64,000 bases of DNA from Actinomycetes bacterium (GTDB taxonomy: Bacteria; Actinomycetota; JAICYB01), in the NCBI GenBank assembly GCA_025934435.1, contig JAICYB010000010.1, positions 404 through 64,403 on the forward strand, written 5' to 3'. This document shows positions 22,160 through 35,585 of this stretch, one piece after another. The notes beneath the pieces are model-generated. The model ran no database searches and had not been told where the DNA came from. It saw only the letters and a list, made by a program, of their open reading frames with translations. A program made the position numbers and the translations under genes. Each line of letters starts with the position of its first letter. Position 1 is the first letter of the stretch.

Positions 22160-24517
22160 GTGCCGAAGCTGTGGCGGCTCGTGGGGGTGGGCGTCTCGAC
22201 GTTCGCGTTGTTGCTGACGTTCGGCGCGCAACCGGCGCTGGCGAAGAAGAAGCATCTGCCTGCACAGATGCACCACTGCGGGGACACGATCACGCAGAGC
22301 TTCCGTCTGCTCAACGATCTGACGTGCACGAATTCCGACGGTCTCGACATCACCGGTTCGAAGATCAGGATCGACTTAGGTGGTCACCGCATCACGGGTG
22401 ACGCGTCGCCCGGTTCCGCGGGCCTCCGTCTCGCGGGTCCGCTGAAGGTCAGCAAGAAAGTCTCCGTCACGAACGGCACGATCACCGACTTCGACCTCGG
22501 CGTGGTCCTCGGTGACGTGCGTCAAGCGACGATTTCCCATCTGACGGTCACGGGCGGAACAACCGGCATCGCGGCGTTCGGGCCGGGAACGGGCAAACAC
22601 AAGATCATCGCCAACACGATCACGCGCACCGCGGGCCCGGCGATCTCGACGTTCTTCATCGGCCGCGTCCAGGTGAGCGGCAACACGATCGCGGCCGGCG
22701 CCGTGGGCATGAGGATCGAGGCGTCGACGAGGGTCAGCGTCGTGAAGAACCACGTGGCATCGACGAGTGGCGACGGCATCGATGTCGTCGGGAGCGCGTC
22801 CACCCTGGTCGAGTCCAACCACGTCGAGGGCGCAGAGGGTACAGGCATCGACGTCGACCAGCGTCCACCCGACCCGCCGGGAACGCCCGACGCGGTCCCC
22901 TCGGTCGCCACGAAGGTCTCCAAGAACCTGGTGCGCGCGAGCGGCGCCGACGGCATCGCCGTCGCTCATTCACCGCGAACCACTCTCGGCGCGAACGCGG
23001 CGGTGGGGAGCGAGCTCGATGGGATCGACGTCTCCTCGAGCGACGGCTCCGTCCTCGACGGCAACACCGCATCGGGCAACTTCGTTGCCGGCATCCATCT
23101 CGCCGCCGACGCCGTCGGTGCCTCGCTCGTAGCGAACCATGCGAACAACAACGGCGCGAACGGCATCGAGGCGGCGGCCGGTTCGCGGCCGGTGATCGAG
23201 CGGAACACGACGAACGAGAACGGGTTCCTGAACGGCATCGAAACGAACGACAACTTCGGTATCGCTGCGCCCGACGGGCGGGCGGCGAAGCGTCGGAAGA
23301 ACAGCGCGAACGGCAACGACGTCCTGAATGACTTCCAGCAGTGCAACAACTCCGACCTCTGTACGGCCCTCGCGTCACCGGAGAGCCATCCAGCTGCCCT
23401 CATCACGTGCAATTCCTCCATCACAGGGGACACAACCGTCGCGAACCCCGCTCAGTGCTTGTCGGGCAATGCCATCACGGTGACCGCGAGTGACGCCACG
23501 ATCGGATTCGGGAACGAGCGGATCAGGGGCGGCGCGGGCTTCCCGAGCGCCGCACTTCTCGTCAACGGGTCCGGCACATCCGTCACGATCAAGGGCGGTG
23601 TCTTCGCCGACTCGGGCATCGGGATCGCCGTCGATCAGACGACGGGCACGACGATCAGTGGCGCAGTCGCAGTCAACGACAGCGTGACGGGGATGCAGCT
23701 GACCCGTGACACGCAGACGACGGTGACGAAGAGTTCCGTGCTCGGTCCGTCCGGGGCAGGGATCACGATCGGCGGCTCCGGCGACGCCGTCCAGTCGAGT
23801 TTCGCCGCGGCGGCGACGAACGTGGGCATCGGGATCTTCGGCACCGGCACGCAGGACAAGATCGAGCACAACATCGCGATCGGGAACGCGAACGGCTTGG
23901 GCATCCGCAGCGGAGCGTCGACCTTCTCGAACCACGCGACGATCGCGTCCAACCGGTCCAGCGCGAACTCGAACGATGGGATCTTCCTCATCGATTCGTC
24001 GGACAACGCGCTCACGGCCAACAACGTGGTCGGTAACGGCTGCTCGCCTGCGCTGGGCTCTTGCAACTTCACCGGCGCCGGTGAAGGGATCAGCCTCGCC
24101 GGTGACTTCGTCGGATCATCGACCGGCGCGTCGAGCTCGAACACGCTGACGTCGAACGTCGTGACGGCGAACATGGGGGACGGCGTCGGGATCTGGGCCC
24201 TCGGAGGCGCCAACGCTCTCGACAAGAACACGATCACGGCAAACGCCGGCGACGGTGCACACGCCCACGAACATTCGGCGGACGATTCGTTCACCTCGAA
24301 CGCGTTCTCACAGAACGGGTACGAAGGACTCCAGGTCGAGGACGGCGATCTGCCCGCCCCGCTGGTCGCGCACAACCGCGCCGACTACAACGGGTTCTTG
24401 AACGGGTCGGACGGCGTCGGCCTCGGTCTCGACGCGCCGCCGGATGTTGACGCGACCGGAAACTCGGCCGGGTTCAACGACGACCCGAACGATTGCTCAC
24501 CGATCACGATCTGCTGA
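22160..24517 (+). CDS. Secreted right-handed parallel beta-helix protein, two tandem modules
   Basis: Signal peptide; CGDTI...DLTC...IDLGGHRI cap; N-x-GI repeats; start 22160 (GTG) or 22139 (ATG). Confidence 0.82.
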   Translation: MPKLWRLVGVGVSTFALLLTFGAQPALAKKKHLPAQMHHCGDTITQSFRLLNDLTCTNSDGLDITGSKIRIDLGGHRITGDASPGSAGLRLAGPLKVSKKVSVTNGTITDFDLGVVLGDVRQATISHLTVTGGTTGIAAFGPGTGKHKIIANTITRTAGPAISTFFIGRVQVSGNTIAAGAVGMRIEASTRVSVVKNHVASTSGDGIDVVGSASTLVESNHVEGAEGTGIDVDQRPPDPPGTPDAVPSVATKVSKNLVRASGADGIAVAHSPRTTLGANAAVGSELDGIDVSSSDGSVLDGNTASGNFVAGIHLAADAVGASLVANHANNNGANGIEAAAGSRPVIERNTTNENGFLNGIETNDNFGIAAPDGRAAKRRKNSANGNDVLNDFQQCNNSDLCTALASPESHPAALITCNSSITGDTTVANPAQCLSGNAITVTASDATIGFGNERIRGGAGFPSAALLVNGSGTSVTIKGGVFADSGIGIAVDQTTGTTISGAVAVNDSVTGMQLTRDTQTTVTKSSVLGPSGAGITIGGSGDAVQSSFAAAATNVGIGIFGTGTQDKIEHNIAIGNANGLGIRSGASTFSNHATIASNRSSANSNDGIFLIDSSDNALTANNVVGNGCSPALGSCNFTGAGEGISLAGDFVGSSTGASSSNTLTSNVVTANMGDGVGIWALGGANALDKNTITANAGDGAHAHEHSADDSFTSNAFSQNGYEGLQVEDGDLPAPLVAHNRADYNGFLNGSDGVGLGLDAPPDVDATGNSAGFNDDPNDCSPITIC

Positions 24518-24551
24518 TCGGCGACGTAGCGTTGGTAGCATCGCGTCACCC

Positions 24552-25106
24552 ATGAGCAGCCGGCGCGCGGTCATCGGCCTCGTCGCGCTCCTCGCGATCG
24601 CCACATCGTGCAGTTCGAAGACCGCCGCGCAGCGGGCGCAGGACGTCCTCGATCAGGGTCTCGTGGCTCACCGTGCGGGACGCTTCGCCGACGCGACCGT
24701 GCTGTACCGCAAGGTCTTGCAGATCGATCCGAACAACAAGTTCGCGTTCTTCGATCTCGGCGTCATCGACCAGTCGAGCGGCCGTCCGGCGTCGGCAGAG
24801 GCGAACTATCGTCTCGCCATCGCGGTCGACCCGAACTTCGCCCAGCCGATCTTCAACCTGGCCATCCTCCGCCAGCGGGACGGCGACCTGAAGGAAGCCG
24901 AGAGCCTGTACCGCCGCGTCGCCGAGATCGTCCCGACCGACGCCCCCGATCATCTGAACCTCGGCTTGTTGTTGCGCGGTGAGGGCAAGAAGGCGGAAGG
25001 CGACAGCGAAGTCGCGACGGCCGTGTCGCTCGATCCGTCGCTGCGCAGCCGCCTACCGGCGAGCCCGAGCCCGAAGCCCACGCCGAAGCCGACTCCGACG
25101 CCGTAA
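24552..25106 (+). CDS. TPR-repeat lipoprotein
   Basis: MSSRR + hydrophobic core + ATSC lipobox-like motif; four TPR-like repeats (YRKVLQIDPNN, YRLAIAVDPNF); PKPT tail. Confidence 0.85.
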   Translation: MSSRRAVIGLVALLAIATSCSSKTAAQRAQDVLDQGLVAHRAGRFADATVLYRKVLQIDPNNKFAFFDLGVIDQSSGRPASAEANYRLAIAVDPNFAQPIFNLAILRQRDGDLKEAESLYRRVAEIVPTDAPDHLNLGLLLRGEGKKAEGDSEVATAVSLDPSLRSRLPASPSPKPTPKPTPTP

Positions 25107-25116
25107 GCGCACAAGA

Positions 25117-25146
25117 AGAAAGGCCCCCCGGACGGAGGGCCTTTCT
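25117..25146. terminator. Bidirectional intrinsic terminator
   Basis: AGAAAGGCCC...GGGCCTTTCT between the convergent TPR and collagen genes. Confidence 0.8.
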
Positions 25147-25165
25147 CTCGAACCGTTGCGGATCG

Positions 25166-26074
25166 TTACGTGACCTGGGCTCGCCAGTGCACGGGCTTCG
25201 TCGCGTTGTTACCCGTCAGCTCCACGGAGAGCGTGTCGCCGGCGTTCACAGCGACCGAGTCCGCTGTGTCCGAACAGTCGGTCCCGTTCGTGTAGTTACA
25301 CGTCAGGGACGAAGCGACCCCGTTGACGAACAGCGTGTACGTCGACGTGTGGCCCGCTCCGTTCGATCCCTCGCCGTGGACGAACAACTTGCTGATGGTG
25401 CCGGCCGCCGGAGCAGTCGCGGAGAAGCCCGCCTCCGACGCGCTCACGCCCATCTCGCCGACCGTCATGAACTGGTTGGCATTCATGTTCGTGTTCGCGG
25501 TACCGCCCTGGAGGAATCCGCTGCCAGATCCCGCAGGACCAGTCGGACCCGTCGGACCCGTGTTACCGGTGGCGCCGGCGGGACCCGTCGCGCCCGTCGG
25601 ACCTGCCGGTCCCGTGGCGCCCGTCGGACCTGCCGGTCCTGTGGCACCCGTGGGCCCGGTTGCGCCCGTGGCACCCGTGGGCCCGGTTGCGCCCGTGGCA
25701 CCCGTCGGACCTGTCGGTCCCGTGCCGGACGGACCGATCGGGCCGGTGGCGCCCGTCGCACCCTTCGGACCGGTGGCGCCCGTCGCGCCCGTCGCACCCT
25801 TCGGACCCGTGGCGCCCGTGGCGCCGGTGGCGCCGGTCGGTCCCGTCGGACCACCCGAGAGCCAGTCGAAGGGCCTCTCGAACGACTTGCACGTCGCGTT
25901 GGGGCCGACGATACGGATGTGTCCGTGACCCCGGCCTCTCACGACCTTGCAGCTGTAGATCGTCCCCGTGACGGGTGTCCCCGCCGCATGGGCACTGATG
26001 AACGCGGCGCCCGAAACGAGCAGGCCCGCGAACGTCACCAGGATGGCGCCTTGCGCCACGATACGTTTCTTCAT
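25166..26074 (-). CDS. Collagen-like exported protein 1 (about 35 GXT triplets)
   Basis: Signal peptide MKKR...SAHA after GAGGAAGGGG; GTIYSC...C...WLSG domain; GPT/GAT repeats; C-terminal beta domain. Confidence 0.9.
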   Translation of the reverse strand: MKKRIVAQGAILVTFAGLLVSGAAFISAHAAGTPVTGTIYSCKVVRGRGHGHIRIVGPNATCKSFERPFDWLSGGPTGPTGATGATGATGPKGATGATGATGPKGATGATGPIGPSGTGPTGPTGATGATGPTGATGATGPTGATGPAGPTGATGPAGPTGATGPAGATGNTGPTGPTGPAGSGSGFLQGGTANTNMNANQFMTVGEMGVSASEAGFSATAPAAGTISKLFVHGEGSNGAGHTSTYTLFVNGVASSLTCNYTNGTDCSDTADSVAVNAGDTLSVELTGNNATKPVHWRAQVT

Positions 26075-26129
26075 CCTGACCCCTTCCTCGTCGATCGAGT
26101 GCACTTCAATCTCTTCGCGTGAAACGTCG

Positions 26130-28775
<2,646 letters not shown>

Positions 28776-28826
28776 CTACCGCCCGTCAAGTGCCTGACCA
28801 GGCAACACCTCACCCTGCGATGCGGG

Positions 28827-30989
28827 TCAGGTACCTGATGAAGCAACAGATCCCCTTCGCGCAAAGAACCTCGGTGCGAAGGCGAGGGCCGCCAGTGCGA
28901 GGATCCCGATGGCAAGCAGCCATCCGTACCCCGGGAACGGGACGTAGATGAACTCGACCGTGTGCATGCCCGCGGGAACCGTCGCGGCGACGAAGCCGGG
29001 CGCGACCATCTCCGGTTTCTGGGCACGTCCGTCGACGAGAACGCGCCAACGCGGATCGTAGGACGACTTCAAGAGGACGGCCGCCGTGCGCGTCGCCGTC
29101 ACATGACCGGCGAAGACGCCGTCCTGCGGTGACGCGATCTGTTCGGTGACGTCGCCGGGCGAGGAGGTCACCGCGGGATCGGTCAACGTCTGGTCGGGCG
29201 GGGGGCTGCCGCCGTAGGCGACCACCGGGAGCCGGTGCTCGGCGACGAGATCCGAACGCAGGAAGACGTTGGAGCTTCGTCCGAGATCGGATCGGTCGGC
29301 GACGATCACACCGGCCGTGTCGACGACCTCGAGGTACCCGCTCGTGTCGACACGCCAGAGCACCTCTCCGCTCCGTCCTTCGATGCGCGTCGCGGGCACG
29401 GACGGTTTCCTGCTCACCGGCAGGATGAGATAGCGCACGTTGAACAGGTCGTATTGCGCCGGTTGGGTGTCGTTGAACTGCGCCTCCGCTCCCGATCCGA
29501 GCGAATTCGTCCGGAATGTGAGTCCGATCGCGTCGGCGTCCTGGGCGGCAAGCATGGAGTAGAGCGGTGCGCCACCGATGCGGTTGGAGCTGCCCCAGTT
29601 CGACCGCAGCCCGCCGTAGACCCGTCCGTCGCCGAACGACACCGCTTTCGCGATGAGGCTTCGCACGCCGACGCCGGTGGTCTCGTCGACCGACCGCTGC
29701 GCGTCGATGAGCTCTGCGCCGCCGCGATCGAACGTCCAGCGTTCGTGCCACGCCGGAAGAAGGACGGCGAGCACCGCGATGAGCATCACCGCCGTCGGCA
29801 GGACGAGCGGCAGATCGGGCGCCCACGCCGCGAGACGGCCGCGCAGCAGTTCGCCGAGCCGGGCGATCGCCACGCCCGCGAATCCGAGACCGGCGAGGTG
29901 CACGCCGAGGATGAAGCGCTGGTAGTAGACCTCGCCGCTGCCCGGCAGGAGGCGGAAGAGAGGGCCGAAGGTGGGACGTCCGATGTACAGCACGAGCGAC
30001 AGCACCCCGAAGATCAGCAGCGCGCGCGCGCGATCGTCGCGGCGCCGGACGAGGCAGATGATGAACCCGAAGATCACGAGGATCGTCAGGATCGGCGGAC
30101 GGCCGAAGTCGAACAGGCGTCCGGCGAACAGATCGAGGACGACCTTCCGCAAGCCGTAGGAGTCGGCCTGCACCGTCCCGATGAGCGACTCGTTGCCCGC
30201 GATGTACTTGCCGTCGATGAGCAGCGGGATCAAGGCCCACGCCGCGACGAAGGCCGCACCGACGAGAACGACGATGGCGCGCCCCAAGCGCCGGACGAAC
30301 CCCTCGCGATGCATGATCACCCAGAGCCCGATCGTGAGCACCGCGAGGTAACCGGTCAGGAAGTGCGTCGCGAGGAGCAGCGCGAGGGTCAGCGCCGCCC
30401 ACACGTAGCCCTTTCCCTTCGTCAGCGCGCGGAACGCGAGCGCCAGTGCGAGCGGTAAGAGCCACATGCCCCACAGCTGCGCCCACGTTCCGAAGCCGCG
30501 CGACGTATACGCGCCGTGCTCGTATCCGATCTCCGTGAGGCTGACGATCAACGGCGACACGACCGCGGCGAAGGCCGCGATCGATCGCTCGGCACCGAAG
30601 ATGCGGCCGCTGATGTACACGCAGATCGGCCAGAGCGCGAGCAGGATGTACAGCGTCCAGAGGAACGTGCGCTGCGCGCCGAAGATCGTCGCGATGTAAC
30701 CCGCGACGATGTGCGGGAAGCTCTGGTAGTGGTGGAACTGCGCCGATCCGAGTCCGAAGTTCGGGAACCAGCCGTCGAGTGGGATGTGTCCGGTCTGGAT
30801 ACGATGCCGAGCCCACCGAACCATCGCGAGATGTAGATCACTGTCGTTCGACGTTTGCGCGTAGGTGACTTCCTTGCGCAGCACGACGAGGTTGAATCCG
30901 ACGGCGACAGCTACGAGCAGCGTCGCCCAGGCACGGCTGAACGGCTCGAGCCTCCACGCCCCCTGTCGGTTCCGATTCGTCTCGTCCAT
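28827..30989 (-). CDS. YfhO-like multi-pass membrane protein, probable GT-C glycosyltransferase
   Basis: First-loop NDSDLH, WFPNFGLGSAQFHHY, many TMs, LFNVRY, SYDPRWRVLVDG...VPAGMHTVEFIY and a final TM. Confidence 0.75.
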   Translation of the reverse strand: MDETNRNRQGAWRLEPFSRAWATLLVAVAVGFNLVVLRKEVTYAQTSNDSDLHLAMVRWARHRIQTGHIPLDGWFPNFGLGSAQFHHYQSFPHIVAGYIATIFGAQRTFLWTLYILLALWPICVYISGRIFGAERSIAAFAAVVSPLIVSLTEIGYEHGAYTSRGFGTWAQLWGMWLLPLALALAFRALTKGKGYVWAALTLALLLATHFLTGYLAVLTIGLWVIMHREGFVRRLGRAIVVLVGAAFVAAWALIPLLIDGKYIAGNESLIGTVQADSYGLRKVVLDLFAGRLFDFGRPPILTILVIFGFIICLVRRRDDRARALLIFGVLSLVLYIGRPTFGPLFRLLPGSGEVYYQRFILGVHLAGLGFAGVAIARLGELLRGRLAAWAPDLPLVLPTAVMLIAVLAVLLPAWHERWTFDRGGAELIDAQRSVDETTGVGVRSLIAKAVSFGDGRVYGGLRSNWGSSNRIGGAPLYSMLAAQDADAIGLTFRTNSLGSGAEAQFNDTQPAQYDLFNVRYLILPVSRKPSVPATRIEGRSGEVLWRVDTSGYLEVVDTAGVIVADRSDLGRSSNVFLRSDLVAEHRLPVVAYGGSPPPDQTLTDPAVTSSPGDVTEQIASPQDGVFAGHVTATRTAAVLLKSSYDPRWRVLVDGRAQKPEMVAPGFVAATVPAGMHTVEFIYVPFPGYGWLLAIGILALAALAFAPRFFARRGSVASSGT

Positions 30990-31066
30990 CCGGTACCGGG
31001 TGCACGGTACTAGGTGCACACCTCCGAGCGCAGAACAGATATCGACCGTTGATACCATCGATCGGC

Positions 31067-31753
31067 ATGGACGGGGATCCGACGTTCGTCGTCATCGCTG
31101 CGTTCAACGAAGCGGGGATGCTCGGTCACGTCCTGGACGATCTCGAGCGCACATGTCCACGAGCGCACATCGTCGTCGTCGACGACTGCTCGACGGACGA
31201 GACGTATCGCGTCGCCGAGTGCCGTCCCGTCCATCTCCTACATCACGTGGCGAACCTCGGTCAGGGTGCCGCGCTGAAGACGGGGATCGACCATGCGCTC
31301 GCACAGGGCGCGGAGATCATCGTGACGTTCGACGCGGACGGACAGATGTCCGCGAGCGACGTCGCGCGGATCGTTGCACCCGTCGCGTCGGGCGATCACG
31401 ACGTGGCGCTCGGCACCCGGTTCGGCGGCGTCGCGCCCGTCGGGATGACGCGCTCGCGCCAGATGCTGCTCAGGCTCGCGCTCATCTTCAGCCGAGTCAC
31501 GTCGCGCTCACCGTTCACCGACGTCCACAACGGGTTCCGCGCCTTCAACCGCAAAGCCGCCGAAGCGATCTCACTCACGCAGGACCGGATGGCGCACGCT
31601 TCGGAGATCACCGACGAGATCTTGCGCCTAGGGCTTCGTTGGACGGAAGTTCCCGTCACGATCAACTACAGCGACTACTCGAGGAAGAAGGGCCAGCCGG
31701 TACTCGGTGCGCTCGACATCGTGTCGGATCTGTTCTGGGGGCCGAAACGATGA
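31067..31753 (+). CDS. GT2 polyprenol-phosphate glycosyltransferase (DPM synthase-like; PpgS/GacI type)
   Basis: VIAAFNE, VVDDCSTD, NLGQGAALKTG, TFDADGQ, TDVHNGFRAF, MAHASEI. Confidence 0.88.
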   Translation: MDGDPTFVVIAAFNEAGMLGHVLDDLERTCPRAHIVVVDDCSTDETYRVAECRPVHLLHHVANLGQGAALKTGIDHALAQGAEIIVTFDADGQMSASDVARIVAPVASGDHDVALGTRFGGVAPVGMTRSRQMLLRLALIFSRVTSRSPFTDVHNGFRAFNRKAAEAISLTQDRMAHASEITDEILRLGLRWTEVPVTINYSDYSRKKGQPVLGALDIVSDLFWGPKR

Positions 31754-32085
31754 AGCTCCTCGTCTTCAAGCTGGGGCTGATCGTCGTCGGCCTGCTGATC
31801 GCGCGTTTCTACCTCACGAAGACGCGATCCGCGGTGAGGGATCGACTGATCGTGCTCACGCTCGTCGTCGGGCTGCTCGTTGCGGTTATCGACCCGCAAA
31901 CGACGACATGGGTGGCCAATCGCGTCGGCATCGGTCGTGGTGCCGACCTCGTGTTCTACCTGGGATTCCTTTTCCTCTTGTTTCTCGCCGGCGCTCAGCG
32001 CGTGCGTCTCCGCGAGCAACAGAAAGCGATCGTCGGCATCGTGCGTGAACTCGCGCTCCTGCGCGCGCGAACGCCTCCCGAGTAG
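31750..32085 (+). CDS. DUF2304-family small membrane protein (Rv3632/GacJ type)
   Basis: ATGA overlap with GT2; VANRVGIGRGADLVFY...IVRELAL. Confidence 0.85.
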   Translation: MKLLVFKLGLIVVGLLIARFYLTKTRSAVRDRLIVLTLVVGLLVAVIDPQTTTWVANRVGIGRGADLVFYLGFLFLLFLAGAQRVRLREQQKAIVGIVRELALLRARTPPE

Positions 32086-32099
32086 CGCCTCACCGTACT

Positions 32100-33383
32100 G
32101 TGGGCCTGCGACCTCCAACGGAGCGCGCCATCCGCGTGCCGAAGGGCGCCGGCGTCATCGGCACGAGCGTCGTCGTCAATGGTCTGAGCGCGTACGCCTT
32201 CACCGTGCTGGCGGCACGCGCCCTCGGTCCGGAGCATTACGCGTCCCTCGCGGCCTTGTCCGCCGTCGTGTTCGTTCTCGGACCGGGATTCTTCCTGCCC
32301 TTCGAGCAGGAGATCACGCGACTCGTCGCCGCCGGTCGAGCGATGGGCTCCGGTGCGCGCGGAGCGTTCACACGGTTGGCCTTGCTCGCGACGGCGAGCG
32401 CCGTCGTTCTCATCGTCCTCGCGTTGACCGTCGGACGCGGGGTGCTCGATCGCCTCTTCGATCACGACGTGCTGCTGATCTTCGCGTTCTGCGGCGCGAT
32501 CTTGTCGTACCTCTCGCAGAACGTCATGCGCGGGCTGTACGCCGGCTCGGACCGCTTCGATCTGTACGCGCTCGGACTCGGGGCCGAAGGTGTCATCCGG
32601 GTCGCCGGCGGAGTCATCCTTTTCCTCGACCACACGCGGTCGCCGGGCGAATACGGACTCGCGCTGGGTCTCGCGCCGTTGTTTGCCTGCGCGCTCGTCG
32701 TGCTGGCCTCTCGTGGGTTGCTCCCATCCGGGCCGTCGCCGGCATGGCCTGAGGCTCTGCGCGCGATCGGCTATCTGATCGGCGGGACACTCTTCACGCA
32801 GCTCCTCGCCAACGCGCCGCCGATCGTCGTGTTGCTGCTGGCGTCGACGTCGCAGCGAGCGGCGGTCGGACGGTTCTATGCCGGGTTCGTCGTGATGCGC
32901 GTCCCACTGTTCCTCTTCCTCGCGATACAGGTGACGGTCTTGCCGATGCTTGCGGCGGCCGCCGCCCACGACCGCTACGAGCACCTCCGCGACACGGTGC
33001 GGTCGCTCGTCGGAGCGCTCGTCGCCGTGATGGGACTCGCCGTGATAGCCGCGGCGATCGTGGGACGTCCCTCGCTCCGGCTCGTGTTCGGGCGCGCGTT
33101 CTTGCTCGGACGAACAGACCTCGTCCTGCTCGCCGCAGCGAGCGGCGCGCTGATGATCGCGACGCTCCTCGCGCAGGCGCTGATCGCCGTCCGTTCGCAC
33201 GAGCTCGCCGCCGCGTCGTGGTTGGCGGGGCTCGCGTGTTTCGGCGTCGGGATGGCGAACTCGGCGCCGCTCATCGCGCGCGTGGAATACGCGTTCCTCG
33301 TGGGTTCGTTCGCCGCGGCTGTCGCGGCCGCGCTGCTGTTGCGTATGCGACTTTCGCGAGCCGTCAAACAGCGCGCGGGCTAG
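32100..33383 (+). CDS. Wzx/MOP-superfamily flippase-like membrane protein
   Basis: ARALGPEHYA, FEQEITR, about 12 TMs; directly follows GT2-DUF2304. Confidence 0.78.
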   Translation: MGLRPPTERAIRVPKGAGVIGTSVVVNGLSAYAFTVLAARALGPEHYASLAALSAVVFVLGPGFFLPFEQEITRLVAAGRAMGSGARGAFTRLALLATASAVVLIVLALTVGRGVLDRLFDHDVLLIFAFCGAILSYLSQNVMRGLYAGSDRFDLYALGLGAEGVIRVAGGVILFLDHTRSPGEYGLALGLAPLFACALVVLASRGLLPSGPSPAWPEALRAIGYLIGGTLFTQLLANAPPIVVLLLASTSQRAAVGRFYAGFVVMRVPLFLFLAIQVTVLPMLAAAAAHDRYEHLRDTVRSLVGALVAVMGLAVIAAAIVGRPSLRLVFGRAFLLGRTDLVLLAAASGALMIATLLAQALIAVRSHELAAASWLAGLACFGVGMANSAPLIARVEYAFLVGSFAAAVAAALLLRMRLSRAVKQRAG

Positions 33384-34450
33384 CGCGCGCGGAAGAGACC
33401 GCGTCCGGTGACGAGCGGCAGATCGAGCGCGGTGAGCAGGCCCGGCTCGGCTCCGACCACGGCCGGCACCGCGTTCACGAGTCGCATCGCCGTCGCTTTG
33501 AGTCCGGCGGTGTTGTGGTCGCCGTCGCTGCCGAGCAACTGCAGATCGCACGTGTAATTCGGCTCCCCTTTGACGACGGCGCGATAGCAACCGTGTCCGG
33601 CGGGTTGCGGCCAGTCCGGCGCAAGGTCGTCGCGCAAACGCGTCACGTGCTCGAGCACGACGGCGGGTCGTCCGCCGACGACCCCTCGCACCTCGAAACG
33701 GAGTGCGGCAGCCGTACCCTTCTCGATCGTCCCGGACGCGATCTCGAACGTCTCCGGCGCCGGCAACCGTTCGTGGTGTTCTTCGATCCCGTCGAGTGCG
33801 ATGTCGAGCGCGGCAGCGATCTGACGCACGACGCTTCCCCACGCGGTCGTGAGCACGCCGGGCAGAAGGATGAACGGTGTTTCGTCCAGCGGCTTGCCGA
33901 AGCCCATGATGTCGAAGATCACCATCGACTGGTTGTACGTCGCGTAATTCAAGATCTCCATGCAGCGGACTTCTTCGATGCGTTCCGAGATCGACGTCAC
34001 GACGAGCGGGAGCCAGTCGTTCGCGAATCCGGGGTCGATGCCGTTGACGAACAGCGACGCGTTGCCCTCTTTCGCGGCTTCGACGATCGGTGCGATCGTC
34101 TCGTCCGGCATGACGCCGTACGGGTACTGCAGGAAGACCGGGCCGGACGCAACCACGTTGATCCCAGCTCGCAGGAAACGACAGAGATCGCCGATCGCTT
34201 CGCCGAGGCGGTGGTCGGCCATCGCGGTGTTCACGATGCAATCCGGTTTCAGCGCGAGCAACGCATCCGCGTCGGTCGTCGCCGCGACGCCGATTGCGCG
34301 TCCGAGGCCGGCGAGCTCGCCGGCATCGTTGCCGTCCTTCGCGTCGGACGAGACCCACACGCCGACGAGATCCAGCCCGGGATGCGCATCGATACCGGCG
34401 AGGGTGTGCCGCCCGACGTTGCCCGTTGCCCACTGCACCACGCGAAACAT
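33380..34450 (-). CDS. Dihydrodipicolinate reductase-like / diaminopentanoate dehydrogenase-family NAD(P)-dependent oxidoreductase
   Basis: VVQWATGNVG, GIDPGFANDWLP, TAMRLVNAVPAVVGAEPG; TACGCT-7nt-ATG. Confidence 0.82.
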   Translation of the reverse strand: MFRVVQWATGNVGRHTLAGIDAHPGLDLVGVWVSSDAKDGNDAGELAGLGRAIGVAATTDADALLALKPDCIVNTAMADHRLGEAIGDLCRFLRAGINVVASGPVFLQYPYGVMPDETIAPIVEAAKEGNASLFVNGIDPGFANDWLPLVVTSISERIEEVRCMEILNYATYNQSMVIFDIMGFGKPLDETPFILLPGVLTTAWGSVVRQIAAALDIALDGIEEHHERLPAPETFEIASGTIEKGTAAALRFEVRGVVGGRPAVVLEHVTRLRDDLAPDWPQPAGHGCYRAVVKGEPNYTCDLQLLGSDGDHNTAGLKATAMRLVNAVPAVVGAEPGLLTALDLPLVTGRGLFRAR

Positions 34451-34531
34451 CCGCGACAGCGTAGCCGTTGACGGTTGGGCGATGACGCCGTAGGTTGTCG
34501 GCTCTTCGATCAAAGAAAAAAAGGGGTGGGG

Positions 34532-35557
34532 ATGAAACTTCGCATCGCGCTCGCTCTCGCGCTCGGCGCCGGTCTTCTCGCGGTCGGCGCGCCGTCGTAC
34601 GCCTCGTCACCGGCCTGCGGCGCGACGGTCACGCACAACGTCAAGCTGAAGAAGAATGTCAGATGCACCGCCGGCAACGGACTCGTCGTCGGCGCATCGA
34701 ACATCACGATCAACCTGAACCATCACACGATCTCGACGACGTCCGTCGGGCAAGGCAACGGAGTCGACGCGACGAACTTCTTCGGCATCACCGTGACGAA
34801 CGGAAAGATCCGTGGCTTCAACAACGGTGTGAACTTCGACGGTGTGATCGGCGGCACCATCTCGAAGATCAAGGCGAAGAACAACCTCCACAACATCCGC
34901 ATCCTCGAATCCGGTTCGATCACGATCACGAAGAACAAGACGTCGGGCGGAGACGCGGCCATCCTCACGACGTCCGGGAGCTTGGGCCTCACGATCACGA
35001 ACAACAAGCTTTCGCCCGGCGCGGGGAGCGGCATCCGGCTGAACGGCACACAGTTCAGCACCGTCGCGCACAACACGATCAAGAATGGGCAGGACCGTGG
35101 GATCTATCTCCTGGCCGGTGCGAACAACAACAACGTCTTCGGCAATTCGATCACGACCACGACGAACGCCGGGATCGAGATCGATAACTCGAAGGACAAC
35201 CTCATCGAGGGCAACCGCATCAAGCACGCCGGGACCGGGATCGACATCGAGTCGGCCGCGCTCGCGAACTCACAGGACAATGAGCTGCAGAGCAACGTCA
35301 TCACCAACTCGACGACGAACGGAGTCAATGTCGTCGCGAACGTAACGGCAACGTCGATCCACGGGAACACGTCCGACACGAACGGCGCGAACGGTTTCGA
35401 CATCGCTGCGTCCGACCCCAGCACGCACATCGGTGGCAATACGGCCGACAACAACACCCTCGACGGGATCCTCGCGGTCCCGACGGTCACCGACGACGGC
35501 GGCAACCGCGCGAGCGGGAACGGGACGGCCAACTGCGTGGGCGTGACCTGCCCCTGA
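34532..35557 (+). CDS. Secreted right-handed beta-helix protein, single-module relative of 22160-24517
   Basis: Signal peptide; CGATV...VRC...INLNHHTI cap; Asn-ladder repeats; C-terminal NRASGNGTANCVGVTC. Confidence 0.85.
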   Translation: MKLRIALALALGAGLLAVGAPSYASSPACGATVTHNVKLKKNVRCTAGNGLVVGASNITINLNHHTISTTSVGQGNGVDATNFFGITVTNGKIRGFNNGVNFDGVIGGTISKIKAKNNLHNIRILESGSITITKNKTSGGDAAILTTSGSLGLTITNNKLSPGAGSGIRLNGTQFSTVAHNTIKNGQDRGIYLLAGANNNNVFGNSITTTTNAGIEIDNSKDNLIEGNRIKHAGTGIDIESAALANSQDNELQSNVITNSTTNGVNVVANVTATSIHGNTSDTNGANGFDIAASDPSTHIGGNTADNNTLDGILAVPTVTDDGGNRASGNGTANCVGVTCP

Positions 35558-35585
35558 CCGAAGGCGGGTAGGTCCGGCGCGACTC

